In this document: one piece after another, positions 32,801 to 41,954 of the stretch
How positions within the stretch are numbered: position 1 is the stretch's first letter
Layout: every line of letters starts with the position of its first letter
Assembly: GCA_021816935.1 (NCBI GenBank)
Contig: JAKAWR010000010.1
Span: forward strand, 42,607-106,606
Direction: 5' to 3'
DNA from: Actinomycetes bacterium
GTDB lineage: Bacteria; Actinomycetota; Acidimicrobiia; Acidimicrobiales; JAMCPL01
Length of the DNA stretch: 64,000 bases
The notes under the pieces: generated by a model
Database searches by the model: none
What the model was told of the DNA's origin: nothing
What the model saw: the letters and a program-made list of their open reading frames with translations, nothing else
Position numbers and translations under genes: made by a program

Positions 32801-32943
32801 GAGCCCCTCCTTCTGCCGCCAACGCAACCGTGCAGAGAGCAGAGAGAGACGCTCCCATGTGCTACGAGTGCGGCAACGCGATGCAACGCTCGGGATCCTG
32901 TTACGTCTGCACCAGTTGCGGTACGACCAGCGGCTGCAGTTAG
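29839..32943 (+). CDS. nrdJ: Vitamin B12-dependent (class II) ribonucleotide reductase with C-terminal TSCPD-type/Zn-ribbon domain
   Basis: FNSPVWFN, SACFIL, SGGKTRRAAKM, SNPCSE (radical Cys), APTGTI and terminal CYECG...CTSCGTTSGCS; ATG after AGGGAG. Confidence 0.95.
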   Translation: MTIAPEMNMIGVKRHFTTSGVDPYDLVDWELRTARIDNPTDGSVVFEQRDVEVPRTWSQNATNILAQKYFRGALGTPEREHSLKQVCNRVVDTIAAWGDKDGYFDGPEEVEAFVAELKYLIITQRAAFNSPVWFNIGVLDVPQQASACFILSVDDTMDSILNWYTEEGTIFKGGSGAGVNLSSIRASSEPLKGGGTASGPVSFMRGADASAGTIKSGGKTRRAAKMVILNADHPDIEEFIWCKAREERKARALREAGFDMSLDGADSFSVQYQNANNSVRVTDEFMWSVVDGGTWDLTARHGGQVLRSVDARGLFRQIAEAAWDCADPGIQFDTTINNWHTTPNAGRINGSNPCSEYMHIDNSACNLASLNLLKFLESDGGFKVEDFKAAVEPVFVAQDILVSNADYPTPKIAENSRRMRELGLGYANLGAAIMAQGMPYDSPEAGTWAGAVTALMTGHAYRVSARMAARLGPFAGYHADSEGTARVLSQHRQAVAAIDEELVPTDLLSAAQEAWDTAVSEAEANGVRNSQATVLAPTGTIGLLMDCDTTGIEPDLGLVKTKRLVGGGTMSIVNQTVGRALERLGYSSAEADQITAYIDEHKSIMGAPGLQPEHLPVFACSMGDNAIHYMGHVRMMAAVQPFISGAISKTVNMPEDATVEQVEELLLDGWRMGLKAIAIYRDNCKVAQPLSVTKRDKGERGDAAGAGEDAGGAAGGGTGIEPGGVVGAGSQPGGVPGGATFDEPALSQRIEELERLLQTEVAVKRPVRERLPRRRHSATFAFRVADCEGYVTVGEYDDRRPGEVFMKVSKQGSTLSGIMDAFSISVSLGLQHGVPLATYVRKFTNMRFEPAGITDDADLRIASSLVDYIFRRLALDYLSLDERQELGILSTKERTQPTLPGMDEVGVESSGIVEGSPGSASGEVGPRGKVAPAGQEKTVGGEDGAEPGVSAEGSAGAGVSGAGASGAGGAGAGDAAGVASAAAGRVVGAPPSAANATVQRAERDAPMCYECGNAMQRSGSCYVCTSCGTTSGCS

Positions 32944-33072
32944 CCTGGATTCCCACGTTAGGTTGGTGGGTTAAGACCACGGGTACTCTTGTCGACCCAA
33001 TGCCAATCCGAGCCGCTGGTCCTCCCCCCAGGGAACGGCGACCTCGGTATCTGCGAACCAGGCGTCGAGTAA

Positions 33073-33232
33073 GGGCCCGTGTCATAATTAATTGAGCGAT
33101 CCCGACGGCCAGATGACGCCCCTGGCTGTGTCCTCGTCCTCGATGTACTCCCTGGTACATCTGCGTCCTCGTCCTTGCCAGATGACGCCCCTGACTCGCC
33201 GGATATCATCCCACTAATTATGACACGGGCCC
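33073..33232 (-). mobile_element. Non-autonomous MITE-like/structured repeat, copy A
   Basis: Perfect 18-bp TIR GGGCCCGTGTCATAATTA, flanked by TAA on both sides; internal similarity to copies at 37621, 42830 and 61940. Confidence 0.8.
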
Positions 33233-33361
33233 TAAGTAGGGGTTGTGGGCCAGCTCGGCGAAGCGCACCTCGCCCGCGCCGTCGGTGATCGCGGCCCGCG
33301 CCGAGACCTGACCTCAATTGGAACTCCGAAGTGAGAGTGCCCGCCTTGGAGCAGTGCCGCC

Positions 33362-33664
33362 TCAGCGGTGGGCATCGCCCGAATGGCCCAGGTGCCAGCG
33401 GGAACAAATCTCGCACCGATAGACTTCCAGGTCCGCGCCCTGCTCCATTGCGAGCCGCAGGGTCTCGCGCTCGGCAGCTTCCGGGGTGTTGAAGCGGGTC
33501 TTGGGCTTGCCATCCCGCCGCCAGTGGCCGTAGCGAAGGTCGCCCCCTGCGGACCCGGGCCGTTCCCTTGATCCCGACCGGGAACGTCGCGGAGCGCGGG
33601 ACTTGCTCTGGTTGTCGGCATCCGGGCGGCGAACGGGGCGAGCCTGCTCGGTAGGTCGGGTCAT
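33362..33664 (-). CDS. Small hypothetical protein with putative Zn-binding CxxCxxxH motif
   Basis: WRRDGKPKTRF...EVYRCEICSRWHLGH. Confidence 0.6.
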   Translation of the reverse strand: MTRPTEQARPVRRPDADNQSKSRAPRRSRSGSRERPGSAGGDLRYGHWRRDGKPKTRFNTPEAAERETLRLAMEQGADLEVYRCEICSRWHLGHSGDAHR

Positions 33665-33730
33665 GACTGAAAGGCTACCTTGGAGCCAGCTGCTCTGCGT
33701 CAGGGCAGGTGGCCGAGGCGGCGTGGACGA

Positions 33731-35071
33731 TCAGCGGGCCGGCGGACCCATTAGTTGGCGAAGCCGAACGCGCCCACCTGTTCGCAACACCGCTGAGCGG
33801 TAGATGCGGGCCGCTACGGCAGCGACAGCAACGGTGCACAGGATGCACAATGCAACCGACAGGAGGAACTGCCACCACGTGGCCTGGTTGAAGCCGACCA
33901 ACGTCGGCATGGCAAAGGGGGCGGTGGGTGGCAGGTAGGCAAGCACCTTCACGAGCATCGACGGGCTCCCGGAGCTGACGCCGATGAGGGAGACGATGTA
34001 GCCGAAGAGGAGAGGCAGGCTCAGTGGCAGTGCCAGGCTCTGGATCTGGTCCTGGCGCTCCCCAAGAGAGCCGGCCGCGGCGTACACCCAGCTGTAGAAG
34101 CCGTAGCCGAGCACCAGCCACACCAGCGCGGCTGCCACGACAACCGGAGCCGTGCCGTGGACAAGGTTCGAACCAACCGCCTTGCCGAGCACGAGAGCGA
34201 ACGCTACGAGCGCCACGGCTTGAGCCAGTGCGACCGCACCGATGCCGGCTACTTTGCCCGCGAGCAGTTGGATCGGACGCACCGTAGCGAGCAACACCTC
34301 TACGACCCGGCTTGCCTTTTCCTCCATCACCCCCATCAGCGTCCAGGTGAGGTACTGGTTGAGTACGACGAAAATAAGTATGATGCCGAGAAGGGCGGTC
34401 GATTCTGACGTGGTCTTGCGTGGCTTTCCGGGCTGCAGGCTTTCGACCGGCAACGGCTGAGCGCCGGCGACAATGGCCGCTTGCCCCGAGGTCAATCCCG
34501 CGCGAGCGTAGGCGTGATAGGCGCCGAGATCCAGTGACACCTCACGTACATAACGAGCCTTGGGAGAGGTGTCGGTAATCGAGAGAGGCTTCTGAAGCAG
34601 GACCTTCTTCGTCCCCTCCAGCACCAGGTCGAGCCGGCCGGAATCGAGGCCGGTCCTGGCCTGCGCCAGGTCCGGCTCGCTTACGATCCGCACCGTCAAT
34701 CCGGCGCTGCTTGCGAGTTGCTCGAGTGCCCTGTTCAACGCGGTCGAATCAGCGACAACACCCACCTTTGCGTTCTGCGCCGCCCTGCCGTGCAGCGTTG
34801 GGATGATGACGGCGGCTGCAACCACCCCGAACAGAATGACCGTCACCACCCGGAACACCCGGCCGCGAAGGCGTTCGCGGATCTCCCGCCCGGCGACAAT
34901 GCCGGTGTCGCCAAAGAGCCTGCGATCCCACAATCGCGTCGCGCGGGAAGCTGCCGGTGACGGTGACTGCACTGATGACTGTGACGCCGAACGGCGCTTC
35001 TTGCGGACGCGCAGCAGCCGGATGATTACAGCGAGCACGAAGGCAGCGATGACGATCGGGAATGCCTTCAT
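33731..35071 (-). CDS. ABC-2 type (NatB-like) exporter permease
   Basis: GVMEEKASRVVEVLL, LLAGKVAG, YAAAGSL and LPPTAPFAMP; ATG overlaps the ATPase stop. Confidence 0.88.
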   Translation of the reverse strand: MKAFPIVIAAFVLAVIIRLLRVRKKRRSASQSSVQSPSPAASRATRLWDRRLFGDTGIVAGREIRERLRGRVFRVVTVILFGVVAAAVIIPTLHGRAAQNAKVGVVADSTALNRALEQLASSAGLTVRIVSEPDLAQARTGLDSGRLDLVLEGTKKVLLQKPLSITDTSPKARYVREVSLDLGAYHAYARAGLTSGQAAIVAGAQPLPVESLQPGKPRKTTSESTALLGIILIFVVLNQYLTWTLMGVMEEKASRVVEVLLATVRPIQLLAGKVAGIGAVALAQAVALVAFALVLGKAVGSNLVHGTAPVVVAAALVWLVLGYGFYSWVYAAAGSLGERQDQIQSLALPLSLPLLFGYIVSLIGVSSGSPSMLVKVLAYLPPTAPFAMPTLVGFNQATWWQFLLSVALCILCTVAVAAVAARIYRSAVLRTGGRVRLRQLMGPPAR

Positions 35072-35967
35072 CGCCCCACCGCCTCCCGGAACACTTCGGA
35101 AAGGCGGCGACGTTCGAAGCCGAACTTGGTGACCCGTCCGGCGGTGCGCGCGGCGTCCAGGACGGTATCGCTCTCGACGGAATCGTCGAGGATCAAGCGC
35201 ACTTCGCCCCCTTGGACTTCTGAGACAGTGACACCGGGCAGGGCGCCCGCCCAAGCCGCGCGCCGGTCCCCCTCTACGCGAATTGCGAGCCGCCGCGCCC
35301 CCTGCGTTGCCAGCTCGTCGACGGTGCCGCTCGCCACGAGCCTTCCGTGGTCGATGATTGCCACCGATTCGCACAGGTCCTCGACGAGGTCGAGCTGGTG
35401 GCTGGAGAACAGCACGCAGCGCCCAGCGCGTGCCTGTTCAACGAGGACCTGGCCTATTACATCGACGCCGGCAGGGTCCAGTCCGGCGAGGGGCTCGTCA
35501 AGGACGAGGACGTCCGGGTCGTGAACGAGCGCCGCCGCCAGCTGGACGCGCTGCTGGTTGCCGTGCGAGAGCGCTTCTACCTTGTCCCGTGCACGGTCCG
35601 CCACCTCCAGGCGCTCGAGCCACCGCGCCGTGGCGGACGCGGCCTCGGCGGATCGCATCCCGTGCAGTCGCCCGAGGTAATCGAGCTCGTCGGCCACGAG
35701 CATGTTCGGGTAGAGCCCGCGCTCCTCGGGCATGTACCCGAAACGGCGTCGCTCGGCCGCCCCGACAGGTGTCCCGTTCCATCGGACGGATCCGGCGTCG
35801 AGATCGGTGAGCCCGAAGATGGCCCTCATCGTGGTGGTCTTGCCGGCTCCGTTCGGCCCGAGGAAGCCCACGACCTCGCCGGAAGGAACCGAAAAGCTCA
35901 GCCCGTCGAGTGCCGTAACGGCACCGAATTGACGGGTCAGGCTGTCGACCTCGAGGGAACTACTCAC
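35068..35967 (-). CDS. ABC transporter ATP-binding protein
   Basis: GPNGAGKTT, GYMPEERGLY, LSHGNQQRVQ, LDEP and SSHQL. Confidence 0.92.
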   Translation of the reverse strand: MSSSLEVDSLTRQFGAVTALDGLSFSVPSGEVVGFLGPNGAGKTTTMRAIFGLTDLDAGSVRWNGTPVGAAERRRFGYMPEERGLYPNMLVADELDYLGRLHGMRSAEAASATARWLERLEVADRARDKVEALSHGNQQRVQLAAALVHDPDVLVLDEPLAGLDPAGVDVIGQVLVEQARAGRCVLFSSHQLDLVEDLCESVAIIDHGRLVASGTVDELATQGARRLAIRVEGDRRAAWAGALPGVTVSEVQGGEVRLILDDSVESDTVLDAARTAGRVTKFGFERRRLSEVFREAVGR

Positions 35968-36079
35968 CGAGTCTCCATGGCTTCCGATGATAAGCGGGCA
36001 GCCAAGCCAGTTGCAATGACCGGAATGCCCTCCGAGTAATTCTCGAAGGTCGTGGCGTAAAGGCAGCTGCGTTCCAGCG

Positions 36080-37321
36080 CTACTGGCGTGAGCGCCCGGC
36101 GCCCGGCTCGGTGGTACCGGCGGCGGCAGCGCTGCCGGACTGTGGGGCGGCACCTCGGGATCCTGAGCCGGGAAGGCCGTCGAGCCAGTGTGCCACCTCT
36201 GTCGTGAGCCGCTTGCCCCGCACGCGCATCTCGAGGACGGAGTGGGCTTCGAGGAAGCGAGCATTGGGCATCCCGGCGGCTAGTTCGACCGCGTCGGCGT
36301 AAGGGTGAATGCGGTCATGGCGGTGGCCGATCACGAGAGTGGGTGCGCCGATGGATGTCACCTGCTCAGGGGTCGGTACGGAGGCGCCCATGAAAAGCCC
36401 CTCCAGGACGGCCAGTGCGTGTCTGGGATCTAGCGATGCCTCGTTCAGGAAGCTGTCGAGCGGCGCGAACCCGGTTCTCGGGACCATCGAAATCAAGCGG
36501 GCGAGTACCGAGTAGGGTCCCTCGAGGTACCGCATCGCCGCGAGCATCGGGACGAAGGTCACAGCGGCCGTAGGTATGGCGTGCGTCAGCGAGGGCATTT
36601 CGACGATGAGACCCCCGATCCGTTCGGGTGCGGCGAGAGCGGCGAAGAGGGCGACGTTAGCCCCGAGGGACACACCGCCTACGACTGCCCTGTCGATCCC
36701 CAGGTGGTCGAGGAGGTTGATCGCGTCGGTAGCGTAGGAGTCCATGCGGTGGCGCTGCCGGTCGAGCGGCTTTGCAGATGCACCGTGGCAGGGGAGGTCG
36801 AGGAGGATCACCCGGTTCCCGGCCAGAGCGAGCCGCTGCGCAAGAGGCCTGTTCAGGTTGGCGTCCAGAAGCAGACCATGGAGGTACACGACGGTACGGT
36901 TTGCGGTTCCGGACCCGTGGATCTCGTAGGAGAGATCCACCCCGCGTGAGATGAAGGACTCGATGCGGTAGGGTGGCCGATGGCGACGGGCGGCCGGATA
37001 GGTACCGGGTCGGCCGGGCTCCAGACGCTCCTGCCCGCTGTCGCGGCCCGGCGAGGGCCGCTTGCCGTTCCTCCCGACCGGAGATGAGCGCTTCGCTCTC
37101 CGTTCAGCTGGCGAGGCTCGCCGCTCGTTCCCCTCGCCGCGGGGTTCCCCCCTCCCGTTCCTCCCGACCGATGAGTCGTTCTTCCCGGAATGCTGCTCGA
37201 ATGATGGCGTTCGGGCAACTCGCAGCTGGTACCAGCGATCGGCAGGAATGGCTCCGGTACCCGGGGTCTTCTCGTGCGGGGGCCTGTGGCCGTCCGCGCC
37301 AGTATGCCGATTGGTTGCCAT
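36080..37321 (-). CDS. Alpha/beta hydrolase
   Basis: YLHGLL, LDLPCHG, GVSLG nucleophile elbow. Basic disordered N-terminus, start uncertain. Confidence 0.8.
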   Translation of the reverse strand: MATNRHTGADGHRPPHEKTPGTGAIPADRWYQLRVARTPSFEQHSGKNDSSVGRNGRGEPRGEGNERRASPAERRAKRSSPVGRNGKRPSPGRDSGQERLEPGRPGTYPAARRHRPPYRIESFISRGVDLSYEIHGSGTANRTVVYLHGLLLDANLNRPLAQRLALAGNRVILLDLPCHGASAKPLDRQRHRMDSYATDAINLLDHLGIDRAVVGGVSLGANVALFAALAAPERIGGLIVEMPSLTHAIPTAAVTFVPMLAAMRYLEGPYSVLARLISMVPRTGFAPLDSFLNEASLDPRHALAVLEGLFMGASVPTPEQVTSIGAPTLVIGHRHDRIHPYADAVELAAGMPNARFLEAHSVLEMRVRGKRLTTEVAHWLDGLPGSGSRGAAPQSGSAAAAGTTEPGAGRSRQ

Positions 37322-37620
37322 GATTGATTACGAGGATATCGCAGCGGTCCCGGCAGGGCGCGCATACCCTGGAAGAATGTGACGAAAGACCCCAGGCGCA
37401 ACTACTACGCTCGAGCCTCCGGATCAGGTAGTAAGGCTTGTGGATCGTGGGACGAGCCGTTGGGTACCGGTCGACAAGAACTCACGACGATAGGTAACGA
37501 GTCCGGTCCGCGCCGATGCACGATAGCGGTGCGTGCCGCGCCGCATCGAGCGTGAGGTCCGAAACCGTTGTTCCGGGAACCCTGCCACCATGAGAGTCTA
37601 CTCGGGGAGCAACGGATGCC

Positions 37621-37785
37621 AGTGCAGTGTCCACCAAGTAGTGCGATGCTATTCGGCAAGGCAGCGGCGTCATCTGGCAAGGCGGATAACGCAGGCGTAC
37701 TGGGCAGTAAGACGAGGACGACAACGCAGCCAGCGGCGTCATCCGCCCGGCGAGAGCGCGCTGATTAGCTGGTGATCACTGTACT
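37621..37785 (+). mobile_element. MITE-like/structured repeat, copy B
   Basis: Imperfect TIR AGTGCAGTGTCCACCA / TGGTGATCACTGTACT; interior (GGCGTCATCTGGCAAGG...CGAGGACGACAACGCAGCCAGCGGCGTCATC) aligns with the reverse complement of copy A. Confidence 0.72.
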
Positions 37786-37893
37786 AAGCTCAAGATCCGT
37801 GCCGGTCGCTTTCCTGGTTGTTCTTGGCGTGCTCGGGGTGCCGAGCATGGCGCTCAGGCCCTCGGGCCGTAGCGTTCCACAGGGAATGTACTC

Positions 37894-38637
37894 GTGAAGG
37901 GCGTTCTGCTTGCCGGCGGGAGCGGTACCAGGCTCTATCCCCTTACGAGGATCACCAACAAGCACCTGCTCCCGATCTGGGATCGGCCGATGGTTGCATA
38001 CGGAGTCGAGGCACTTGTCAAGGCCGGTATCACTGAGATCATGCTGGTGACCGGCGGGACCCACGCGGGCGAGTTCCTTCGCCTTCTGGGTAACGGTCAT
38101 GAGTACGGTATCGAGCGACTTGCCTATGCTTACCAGGAGAGTGCGGCAGGGATAGCCGATGCGCTGGGCCTTGCCGAGCGGTTCGTCGGCGATGACCGGG
38201 TAGTGGTGATGCTCGCTGACAACATCCTGGAGTACTCGATCCGCTCCTATGTGGAGAGCTTCGAGGCTCAGGCGTCAGGCGCGCGCCTGCTCCTGTGGGA
38301 GGAGACGAGCGGCGACCACCTGCGGAGCCTGGGTGTCGCCGAGATCGGCGAGGGTGGCAGGCTGGTTGACATCGTCGAGAAGCCCTCCGAGCCGCCGAGC
38401 AAGCTGGCCGTGACCGGAGTCTACATGTACGATCCCGCGGTGTTCGGCATGGTGAGGCAGCTCGAGCCGTCGGCCCGCGGAGAGCTGGAGATCACCGACG
38501 TGAACAACTTCTACGTGAAGGCGGGGACCGCGGATTACGACGTGCTCAAGGGGTTCTGGGGCGACGCCGGGGAGTCCATCGAGGCCTACTACGCGGTCAA
38601 CGACTTCGTTCGCGATAACGGGGTCAACAAGGACTAA
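37894..38637 (+). CDS. Glucose-1-phosphate thymidylyltransferase-like sugar nucleotidyltransferase
   Basis: LAGGSGTRLYPLT..NKHLLP, EKP and PSARGELEITD. Confidence 0.88.
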   Translation: MKGVLLAGGSGTRLYPLTRITNKHLLPIWDRPMVAYGVEALVKAGITEIMLVTGGTHAGEFLRLLGNGHEYGIERLAYAYQESAAGIADALGLAERFVGDDRVVVMLADNILEYSIRSYVESFEAQASGARLLLWEETSGDHLRSLGVAEIGEGGRLVDIVEKPSEPPSKLAVTGVYMYDPAVFGMVRQLEPSARGELEITDVNNFYVKAGTADYDVLKGFWGDAGESIEAYYAVNDFVRDNGVNKD

Positions 38638-38686
38638 GACGCTCCGACGAGGGCTGGGGTGCTGAGGAGGGCAGAAGGCTGATGTC

Positions 38687-40315
38687 CTACAGGGCGGCAG
38701 CCCATGCGATTGCCTCCTGGCGGTGCCTGGCGTAGTCGACCTTTCCATTGGGAGCCCGCCCAATGGTATCGACGAATCGCACCCGTTTCGGGGCCTTGTA
38801 GCCCGCGAGGTTGGCCTTTACGTGGTCGATCAGCTCGTGGGCGGTAACCTGCGATGCCGACTGTAGTTCCACCACGGCAGTGATCGCTTCGCCGAACTTG
38901 TCGTCGGGGATGCCAACCACAACAGCGTCCCGCACTCCGTCGTGCGCTTTGATAACCTCTTCGACCTCTTCGGGGAATACCTTCTCGCCGCCCGTGTTGA
39001 TGCATTCCGAACCCCGACCGAGCAGATGGATGGTCCCGTCTGCACCGATGGTTGCGAAGTCGCCGGGTATTACGTAGCTCACTCCGCCAATCAGCCTGAA
39101 GGTGGCTGCGGTCTTTCGCTCGTCCTTGTAGTAGCCGATTGGGTTGCGCCCTGGCAGGGCCACGATGCCGGAAGTATCTGAGCCGGGAGCGACCTCTTCC
39201 AGCGTGTCCGGGTCGAGAACCCTCACGCCCTCTCCCAGCGTGAACTTGCCCGTATTGGCTGCCGTGACACCCGACGAGATCGACATGCCCATCCCGACAG
39301 CCTCGGACGACGAGAAAACATCGACGAGCAGCATGTTCGGGTTGCGATCCAGCAGGGCCTCCTTGGTCTGCTCGCTCCACATCACTCCTGACGAGATGAT
39401 CGAGACGACGCTGGCAATGGTGTAGCGGTCCGGATGCGCCTCCAGCTCGGCGACGATCGGTTTGGCGAACGCGTCCCCGACGATCGAGAGGGCGTTGATT
39501 TTCTCGCGGGTGACGGTCTCCAGAAGTTCCGCTGCATCGAAGCTACGCTTCGTGAGGGTGACGATGGAGCCGGCCATAGACATGATGCCGAGTGCCGTGA
39601 ACGCTCCCGTGCCGTGCATCAGCGGGCAGGCTGGTAGCAGGGATATGCCGGGCCCCTTGAGCGCACGTCGCACGCCGTCCATGCCGCCGGTCAGGCTGAA
39701 CGGAGCGAGGGAGAGGCCACCCAGGACGCGCATGAAAAGGTCGTCCTGGCGCCACATGACCCCCTTTGGATAACCGGTCGTCCCTCCCGTGTAGAGGAGG
39801 TAGAGGTCATCACCGGTCCGCTCCCAGGGGGCGGTGAAACGGCCCTCCCGAGCACTCGTGACCGCCTCCTCGTAGGGCGTCGCCCACTCGGGGCACGGCC
39901 CGCTGCCGTCGTCCACGAAGAGCCAGATCTTCACGTTCGGCAGCTTCGATCTGATCGGTTCGATACCTTCTGCGAAGCTCCCTTCGAATACCACGGCTTC
40001 GGTGTCTGCGTTGTCCCACAGGTAAATCAGCTCATCCTTCATGTAGCGGTAGTTGGTATTGACCGGTACCATACCCGCCTTGAGCGTTCCGAATACCGAT
40101 TCCATGTACTCCGGCCTGTTGTAAAGGTACTGCGCAACCTTCGACTGGTAGGTGAGCCCGGAGCCAACCAGGGTCGCAGCCAGGCCGTCCGCCCGCCGGT
40201 CCATCTGCGACCAGGTATAGCGCCTGTCCCCGTGCACAAGGGCGGTGGCGCCGGGAAGCTGGTCAGCGATCACTTCCCAGAGGTCGGCAAAGTTCCACTT
40301 GGAGTTATCGGTCAC
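38687..40315 (-). CDS. Acyl-CoA synthetase (FadD19-like)
   Basis: YTGGTTGYPKG, PLMHGTG, IPGDFA, GRGSECINTGGEKVFPEEVE and GYKAPK. Confidence 0.92.
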   Translation of the reverse strand: MTDNSKWNFADLWEVIADQLPGATALVHGDRRYTWSQMDRRADGLAATLVGSGLTYQSKVAQYLYNRPEYMESVFGTLKAGMVPVNTNYRYMKDELIYLWDNADTEAVVFEGSFAEGIEPIRSKLPNVKIWLFVDDGSGPCPEWATPYEEAVTSAREGRFTAPWERTGDDLYLLYTGGTTGYPKGVMWRQDDLFMRVLGGLSLAPFSLTGGMDGVRRALKGPGISLLPACPLMHGTGAFTALGIMSMAGSIVTLTKRSFDAAELLETVTREKINALSIVGDAFAKPIVAELEAHPDRYTIASVVSIISSGVMWSEQTKEALLDRNPNMLLVDVFSSSEAVGMGMSISSGVTAANTGKFTLGEGVRVLDPDTLEEVAPGSDTSGIVALPGRNPIGYYKDERKTAATFRLIGGVSYVIPGDFATIGADGTIHLLGRGSECINTGGEKVFPEEVEEVIKAHDGVRDAVVVGIPDDKFGEAITAVVELQSASQVTAHELIDHVKANLAGYKAPKRVRFVDTIGRAPNGKVDYARHRQEAIAWAAAL

Positions 40316-40558
40316 CCTGACATAGTAGGCGATACTCCGGGGTACGAGCCACAAGGCCGTCCGGAGTACAGGAGAAGGCGGGTGGAGCGCGGTCGGGAAA
40401 TGAGCCTGGCGGGCGGGGGCGAGCGGCGAGGCGGGTGGAGCGGGCTGGGGGAATGAAAGGGTGGAAATGGTAGGTGAGTCGCGGACATGGGGCAAGGTGG
40501 AGGCGGGAAGGATGGCGGTGCAGGTTGCCGCGGGGCGTGCCGGGCGGTAACGTGGAGT

Positions 40559-40611
40559 GGGGAAGTCGGGGGAAGTCGGGGGAAGTCGGGGGAAGTCGGG
40601 GGAAAGCGGGG
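40559..40611 (+). repeat. 10-bp tandem repeat (GGAAGTCGGG) x4 plus a partial unit; G-quadruplex-competent
   Basis: G4-AAGTC-G5-AAGTC-G5-AAGTC-G5-AAGTC-G5-AAAGC-G4. Confidence 0.85.
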
Positions 40612-40719
40612 CGGAGAGCGGGGAAGCTGGAGGTGAACCGGCAACGCAGGGTGGGGCGTAGCAGGGAGCGGGGATACGGGAACGGGCAATCGGCATTCGA
40701 CAGAAGGAGAGAAGAAGCC

Positions 40720-41934
40720 ATGGAGCTTGCACTTCCCGGCGAGGACCACCCGGCCCGTGTCGCATTCCGCGAGTGGCTTGCCGCTCACCCGGATCCGAGT
40801 CCGATGGATCTGGCCCGATCGGGGTACGTCGGTCCGCACTGGCCTGAGCCGTGGGGACTCTCGGCGGGACCGATCGACCAGCTCGTCATCGACGACGAGA
40901 TGCGCAAGGCGGGGATAAAGCGTCCTCAGAACAGGATAGGTATCGGCTGGGCCGGACCCACCATCCTCCAGTACGGTACCGATGCGCAGAGGGAGCGCTA
41001 CCTGCTTCCGCTCCTGGCCGGGGATGAGATCTGGTGCCAGCTTTTCTCCGAGCCCGACTCGGGTTCCGATCTGGCCTCGCTCTCGACGAGAGCCGTGCGT
41101 GACGGGGACGAGTACGTGGTGAACGGCCAGAAGATTTGGACCAGCTTCGGGCACGAGTCGCAGTTTGGCATCCTGCTTGCAAGAACCGACCCGGATGCCA
41201 GAAAGCAGGACGGTATTTCCTATTTTATCTGCCCGATGGATGCTCCGGGCGTAACCGTCGACCCGATAATCGACATGACCGGGCTACACGCGTTCAACCA
41301 GGTGTTCTTCGATGATGTCCGGATACCTGCGGAGAACCTCGTGGGGGAGGAGAACGGCGGCTGGGCGCTGGCCAAGGTGACCCTCGGGAACGAGCGAGTG
41401 TCGCTGTCCGGCGAGGGCGCGTTGTGGGGGGACGGACCGTCGGCCGAAGCTCTTGTGGAGATCGTGAGACGGTCGGGCAGCATGCTGACGCCTACGCTCG
41501 CCCAGCGCATGGTTCAGGTGTGGTCGGAGTCGGAGATCCTTCGGATCTTGCGTATGCGCCAGATCGGTGCGGCGATCGAAGGCCTGAAGCCCGGACCCGA
41601 GGTGTCCGTCCGGAAGGCGATGGCAGACGAGCACGGCAAGCACCTGATGGATCTGGCGAAGGACGTCGCCGGCTCGTACGGGCTACTAGCCGACGCCGGC
41701 CCGATGGAGGGACTGCAGGGGCGCCACGCCGGTGAGCCGGTTCTCGACGGCGGAGGGGTCTGGCCTGCCCTTGTTTGGTCAATGGGCTACCTCTACGCGC
41801 AAGCGCTTACGATCGGAGGCGGCACCTCTGAAGTTCAGAGGAACATCATCGGCGAGCGGATACTGGGCCTACCGAGGGAGGCCGACGTAGAGGAGGGACT
41901 CACCTGGGCCGAAAGCAGGGCCAGGAGGCGTTGA
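40720..41934 (+). CDS. Acyl-CoA dehydrogenase
   Basis: WCQLFSEPDSGSDLA, NGQKIWTS, FNQVFFD and GGTSEVQRNIIGERILGLP. Confidence 0.92.
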   Translation: MELALPGEDHPARVAFREWLAAHPDPSPMDLARSGYVGPHWPEPWGLSAGPIDQLVIDDEMRKAGIKRPQNRIGIGWAGPTILQYGTDAQRERYLLPLLAGDEIWCQLFSEPDSGSDLASLSTRAVRDGDEYVVNGQKIWTSFGHESQFGILLARTDPDARKQDGISYFICPMDAPGVTVDPIIDMTGLHAFNQVFFDDVRIPAENLVGEENGGWALAKVTLGNERVSLSGEGALWGDGPSAEALVEIVRRSGSMLTPTLAQRMVQVWSESEILRILRMRQIGAAIEGLKPGPEVSVRKAMADEHGKHLMDLAKDVAGSYGLLADAGPMEGLQGRHAGEPVLDGGGVWPALVWSMGYLYAQALTIGGGTSEVQRNIIGERILGLPREADVEEGLTWAESRARRR

Positions 41935-41954
41935 TGGCGGGCAAGGCGCTTGGT

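Noticed and set aside
29839-32943. Intein or intron in nrdJ
   Set aside because: The inserts are short Gly/Ala-rich linkers without Cys/Ser...His-Asn splice motifs or LAGLIDADG blocks.
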